Below, in pieces: positions 60,746 to 64,000 of a stretch of DNA of 64,000 nucleotides. Position 1 is the stretch's first letter. Each line of letters starts with the position of its first letter. The position numbers were made by a program, and so were the translations under genes. Source of the DNA: Oceanispirochaeta sp. (GTDB taxonomy: Bacteria; Spirochaetota; Spirochaetia; DSM-2461). The stretch is taken from NCBI GenBank assembly GCA_963666275.2, contig CAXXOA010000002.1:192001-256000 (forward strand), read 5' to 3'. The notes below the pieces were generated by a model. The model saw only the letters and a list, made by a program, of their open reading frames with translations, was not told where the DNA came from and did no database searches.

Positions 60746-61258
60746 ATGGAAAAAACCTATATTTCTTACAATCAGATACACAATACAATAATCGATCTGT
60801 CCAGACAGATCAAAGACTCGGGCTTTGACCCGGACCTGATGGTAGCCATCGGAACAGGAGGGTTCATCCCTGCCAGAATGGCAAAGACCTTTCTGAATAT
60901 TCCGATCCTGACAGTGGGCATAGCCTATTATGACCTGGATGATAATCCTACAGACAAACCCGCCATAACCCAGTGGCTGGATCAGCCGGAAAAACAGATC
61001 AAAGGGAAAAAAGTTCTACTCGTTGATGAAGTGGATGATACCCGTGCAACCATCGGATTCTGTCTGGATGAGCTTAAAAAGCATGAACCTGCAGAGATCG
61101 CACTTCTTGTTATCCATAACAAGGAAAAAGAGAAAAAACATGAAATTCCCTCCTGGATAAACCATTACTTTATCGGAGAGAATTTTCAGGATCAGTGGAT
61201 CTGCTATCCCTGGGATGCGGAAGACACTGAATTTCAGGAAAAAATGTCTAATTCATAA
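60746..61258 (+). CDS. Type I phosphoribosyltransferase (xanthine/hypoxanthine PRT-like)
   Basis: AIGTGGFIPAR, VLLVDEVDDTRAT, WICYPWD. Confidence 0.88.
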   Translation: MEKTYISYNQIHNTIIDLSRQIKDSGFDPDLMVAIGTGGFIPARMAKTFLNIPILTVGIAYYDLDDNPTDKPAITQWLDQPEKQIKGKKVLLVDEVDDTRATIGFCLDELKKHEPAEIALLVIHNKEKEKKHEIPSWINHYFIGENFQDQWICYPWDAEDTEFQEKMSNS

Positions 61259-61329
61259 ACAATTTTTCAGGTATCTCCTGTTCTGAGTCCGGGACAGGAG
61301 TATACTTCGAAAAATATATTTCCCTGCGT

Positions 61330-61635
61330 TCAGATGTCGATTTTGCCATAGGACACAGAACGCTTTGTTCCGTTTGTAACCACCTGCACTTTATCAACAG
61401 TAATGGCCACGACTTCTCCGGTCAGGACTTCCTTTTTAAACTTATATTTGATCTTGTCATGGATCTTGATTTTATCCCGGATTTTCCTGGCATTTTCTTC
61501 AGACTCTTCCTTCGCCATAGCCCGTTCATCCGCTTTAATGGCATAATCCAGTTCTGTTTTCAGTACCAGCTTATCTTCGTAGGAAAGCGGTTCATAAATA
61601 TTCTTATAATAGTCTGTTTTTTTTGCTCTTGCCAT
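61330..61635 (-). CDS. Small basic hypothetical protein
   Basis: AGGAG RBS, MARAKKTDYY... Confidence 0.7.
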   Translation of the reverse strand: MARAKKTDYYKNIYEPLSYEDKLVLKTELDYAIKADERAMAKEESEENARKIRDKIKIHDKIKYKFKKEVLTGEVVAITVDKVQVVTNGTKRSVSYGKIDI

Positions 61636-61785
61636 TTTAATAACTCCTGTTACCTGCAATGAAAAAAATCTAATTTTTTTAAATATAAGGGAGTTTTAAA
61701 AAATAGAAAAGAAAAAAAACTTTTTGCATAAAAACCGGAGAGTTCCGGAACGAAAAAAATGGCCTTCAATCTTCAAATGAAGACA

Positions 61786-61814
61786 AAAAAAACTCCGGAT
61801 TGCTCCGGAGTTTT
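61786..61814 (-). terminator. Terminator downstream of the uracil permease gene
   Basis: AACTCCGGA-TTGC-TCCGGAGTT hairpin followed by a T-run on the minus strand. Confidence 0.7.
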
Positions 61815-61844
61815 CTGCAGAAAATTCTGTTTCAGATTGTATTT

Positions 61845-63179
61845 TCAGTTTCCGTTCTTATGGATTTCATCCAGAATCATCTCTTCTGCGGACTCTTCGG
61901 GAATATCATCCAGGGACCGGGGTAGGACAAGGTTCAGAATGATACCGACAAGAGCTGCCAGAGCAACACCGCCGAGTTCGAAGTCCAGTCCGCTTCCCAT
62001 GGGAAATTTGACAAGTCCTCCGCCAATACCCAGAACAAGGATAACTGAAGACACTGTGAGATGCCGTTTTTCACCGTAGTTTACACCGCTCTCCACAACA
62101 GTCCGGATACCGGCACTGGCAATGATACCGAAGAGCATCATGCTCACCCCGCCCATAACAGGAGTGGGAATGGTCTGAATCAGGGCCCCGAATTTCTGAA
62201 TAAAAGAGAGAATGACCGCAATCACAGCCGCTCCCCCCACAACCCAGACGCTGTAGATCTTTGTAATAGCCATGACACCGATATTCTCACCATAAGTGGT
62301 ATTGGGAGGTCCACCGAAAAGAGCCGCCAGAGATGTGGCGATACCATCTCCCGCCAGGGTTCTGTGGAGACCCGGATCCTTATAGAAATCCCTTCCGGCA
62401 ACCTTGCTCAGTACCAGAGTATCTCCCAGGTGTTCTGCAATGGTGGCAAACGAGACAATCAGAAATGTGACAATAGGAACCCAGTGGAATTTTGGCATAA
62501 CCGGTTTGGTAAAACCAAGCCAGGAAGCTTCTTTCACTACGGTAAAATCAATCAGGTGATAGGCGGGAAAAATGGATCCCATGATCAGGGTAAAAAAGTA
62601 CCCGCCCAATATGCCGATCAGAATGGGAATCACATTGAAAAAACCCTTAAGAACTATAGAGGAAACAACAGCGACAGCCAGGGTGAACAGAGCAATACTG
62701 AAGTATGCCAGGCTGTAGGTTCCTGTTCCTCCGGTCATGGCCATATCCATGGCTGTGGGTGCCAGTTTAAGACCGATAACAATGATGATGGAACCGATCA
62801 CGACGGGGGGAAGAATCCTGTCCATCCATTTGATTCCGAAGCGGCTGATAATCAGAGCGATTATACAGTAGAAAACACCCACCATAAAGGCACCGCCCAT
62901 TGCATAGGCCACACCGAAATCCGGCGAAGAGCTGATGGCAATCAGTGGGGCGATAAAGGCAAAGGACGAACCGAGATAGGCCGGTACTTTTCCCTTTGTA
63001 ATGGCAATATACAAAAGGGTTCCGGTTCCGGAAGTGAAAAGAGCCACCGTGGGGCTCAGGCCAATCAGAATCGGCACAAGAATAGTAGCACTGAACATGG
63101 CAAAAACATGCTGAATACTCAGGGGTATCCACTGTTTGAGTTCAGGTTTGACATGAACATCAATAAATTTATCAGACAT
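61845..63179 (-). CDS. uraA: Uracil permease (NCS2 family)
   Basis: QHVFAMF, YLGSSFAFI, EHLGD, PNTTYGENIGV motifs. Confidence 0.92.
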   Translation of the reverse strand: MSDKFIDVHVKPELKQWIPLSIQHVFAMFSATILVPILIGLSPTVALFTSGTGTLLYIAITKGKVPAYLGSSFAFIAPLIAISSSPDFGVAYAMGGAFMVGVFYCIIALIISRFGIKWMDRILPPVVIGSIIIVIGLKLAPTAMDMAMTGGTGTYSLAYFSIALFTLAVAVVSSIVLKGFFNVIPILIGILGGYFFTLIMGSIFPAYHLIDFTVVKEASWLGFTKPVMPKFHWVPIVTFLIVSFATIAEHLGDTLVLSKVAGRDFYKDPGLHRTLAGDGIATSLAALFGGPPNTTYGENIGVMAITKIYSVWVVGGAAVIAVILSFIQKFGALIQTIPTPVMGGVSMMLFGIIASAGIRTVVESGVNYGEKRHLTVSSVILVLGIGGGLVKFPMGSGLDFELGGVALAALVGIILNLVLPRSLDDIPEESAEEMILDEIHKNGN

Positions 63180-63202
63180 ACAACCTCCAATTTTATTTGG
63201 GC

Positions 63203-63302
63203 AAAAAAAAGCCCTGAATCAGAAATTCAGGGCCGGAATACCAAAGTTATAAATACAGAAGGGGGATAAAAAAATCTGCCGGTTTTTTCTCCATTTCTTC
63301 AT
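63203..63302 (-). promoter_or_regulatory. Putative leader-peptide attenuator of the uracil permease
   Basis: Terminator GCCCTGAAT/ATTCAGGGC plus T8 ending 24 nt before ATG; 27-aa leader ORF 63302-63219 stops inside the hairpin. Confidence 0.6.
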
Positions 63303-63456
63303 AGTTCTTTTTTTATCATTTAACAAGCCCTACGGTCAAGGACATGTCTGACCAATTAATTAGACCGGCAGGCCACTTGCTCCCAGAAGGGCCTATCGGT
63401 ATGATTATCCCAGAGGATGGAAACAGGAAAGCCATCCTAACTTTCCGGAGGAATTT

Positions 63457-64000
63457 ATGAATTTAGTATGTCTGGACCTTGAAGGGGTCCTTGTACCCGA
63501 AATATGGATCAACTTTGCCTTGAAAACTGGAATCGAAGAACTGAAACTGACAACCCGGGATATCCCCGATTATGATGTTCTTATGAATAAGCGGCTGGGA
63601 ATCCTGGATGAACATGGTTTAAAACTGAGTGATATACAGGAAGTTATCAGTACAATGGATCCTCTCCCCGGAGGATACGATTTCCTTCAGCAGCTGAGAG
63701 AAAGAACCCAGGTGATTATCCTCTCCGATACATTCGATCAGTTTGCCTCTCCCCTTATGAAAAAACTGGACTGGCCCACCCTGTTCTGCAACACCCTGCT
63801 GATCGGGCCGGATGACAGGATAACCGGATACAGGCTGAGACAGAAAGACGGTAAAAAGAAAGCGATCGACGCCTTCCATTCCGCCGGATTCAGAGTCATG
63901 GCAGCAGGAGATTCCTATAACGATCTGACAATGATACAGCATGCGGACAAAGGGATGTTTTTCAGAGCTCCCGAGTCTATTTCACAGGAATACCCCGAGT
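63457..64000 (+). CDS. thrH: Phosphoserine phosphatase / homoserine phosphotransferase, 3'-partial
   Basis: Read manually: GGAGG RBS; MNLVCLDLEGVLVPEIWI...TTRDIPDYDVLM...ILSDTF...AGDSYND. Confidence 0.92.
   Translation, partial: MNLVCLDLEGVLVPEIWINFALKTGIEELKLTTRDIPDYDVLMNKRLGILDEHGLKLSDIQEVISTMDPLPGGYDFLQQLRERTQVIILSDTFDQFASPLMKKLDWPTLFCNTLLIGPDDRITGYRLRQKDGKKKAIDAFHSAGFRVMAAGDSYNDLTMIQHADKGMFFRAPESISQEYPE

Noticed and set aside
62061..63269. 402-aa plus-strand ORF
   Set aside because: Antisense shadow of the uracil permease gene
63619..63942. 107-aa minus-strand ORF
   Set aside because: Antisense to partial thrH

Overview
A 64-kb, mostly housekeeping chromosomal segment from a spirochaete, most likely a free-living Spirochaetaceae. 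This is inferred from a stand-alone spirochaete/mitochondrial-type EF-G1, a DAHP synthase-prephenate dehydratase fusion, many lipoproteins and a giant protein ending in an FlgD-Ig domain. Recognisable genes include fusA, udp, rsmG-mnmG-mnmE, pepT, galU, leuS, ung, a uracil permease and partial thrH. There are three tRNAs (Arg-CCT and two Asp-GTC), two type II toxin-antitoxin pairs, c-di-GMP enzymes and a ~4,100-aa surface protein built from twenty 408-bp modules. The most interesting signals are non-coding: (1) tandem ~194-bp units anchored on the tRNA-Asp 3' end, with a covarying hairpin and several CsrA/RsmA-type GGA motifs; (2) a structured ~200-nt spacer between the two tRNA-Asp genes; (3) a dense, co-oriented DnaA-box cluster with no dnaA to its right and no apparent strand-bias switch; (4) a TA module flanked by a duplicated leuS 3' end plus terminator; (5) a pyrL-like leader-peptide attenuator before the uracil permease; (6) a diguanylate cyclase frameshifted at a T9 tract; (7) a structured fusA leader; (8) many apparently leaderless genes. 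No CRISPR, integrase, transposase or rRNA was seen. All calls are by eye, without database searches.
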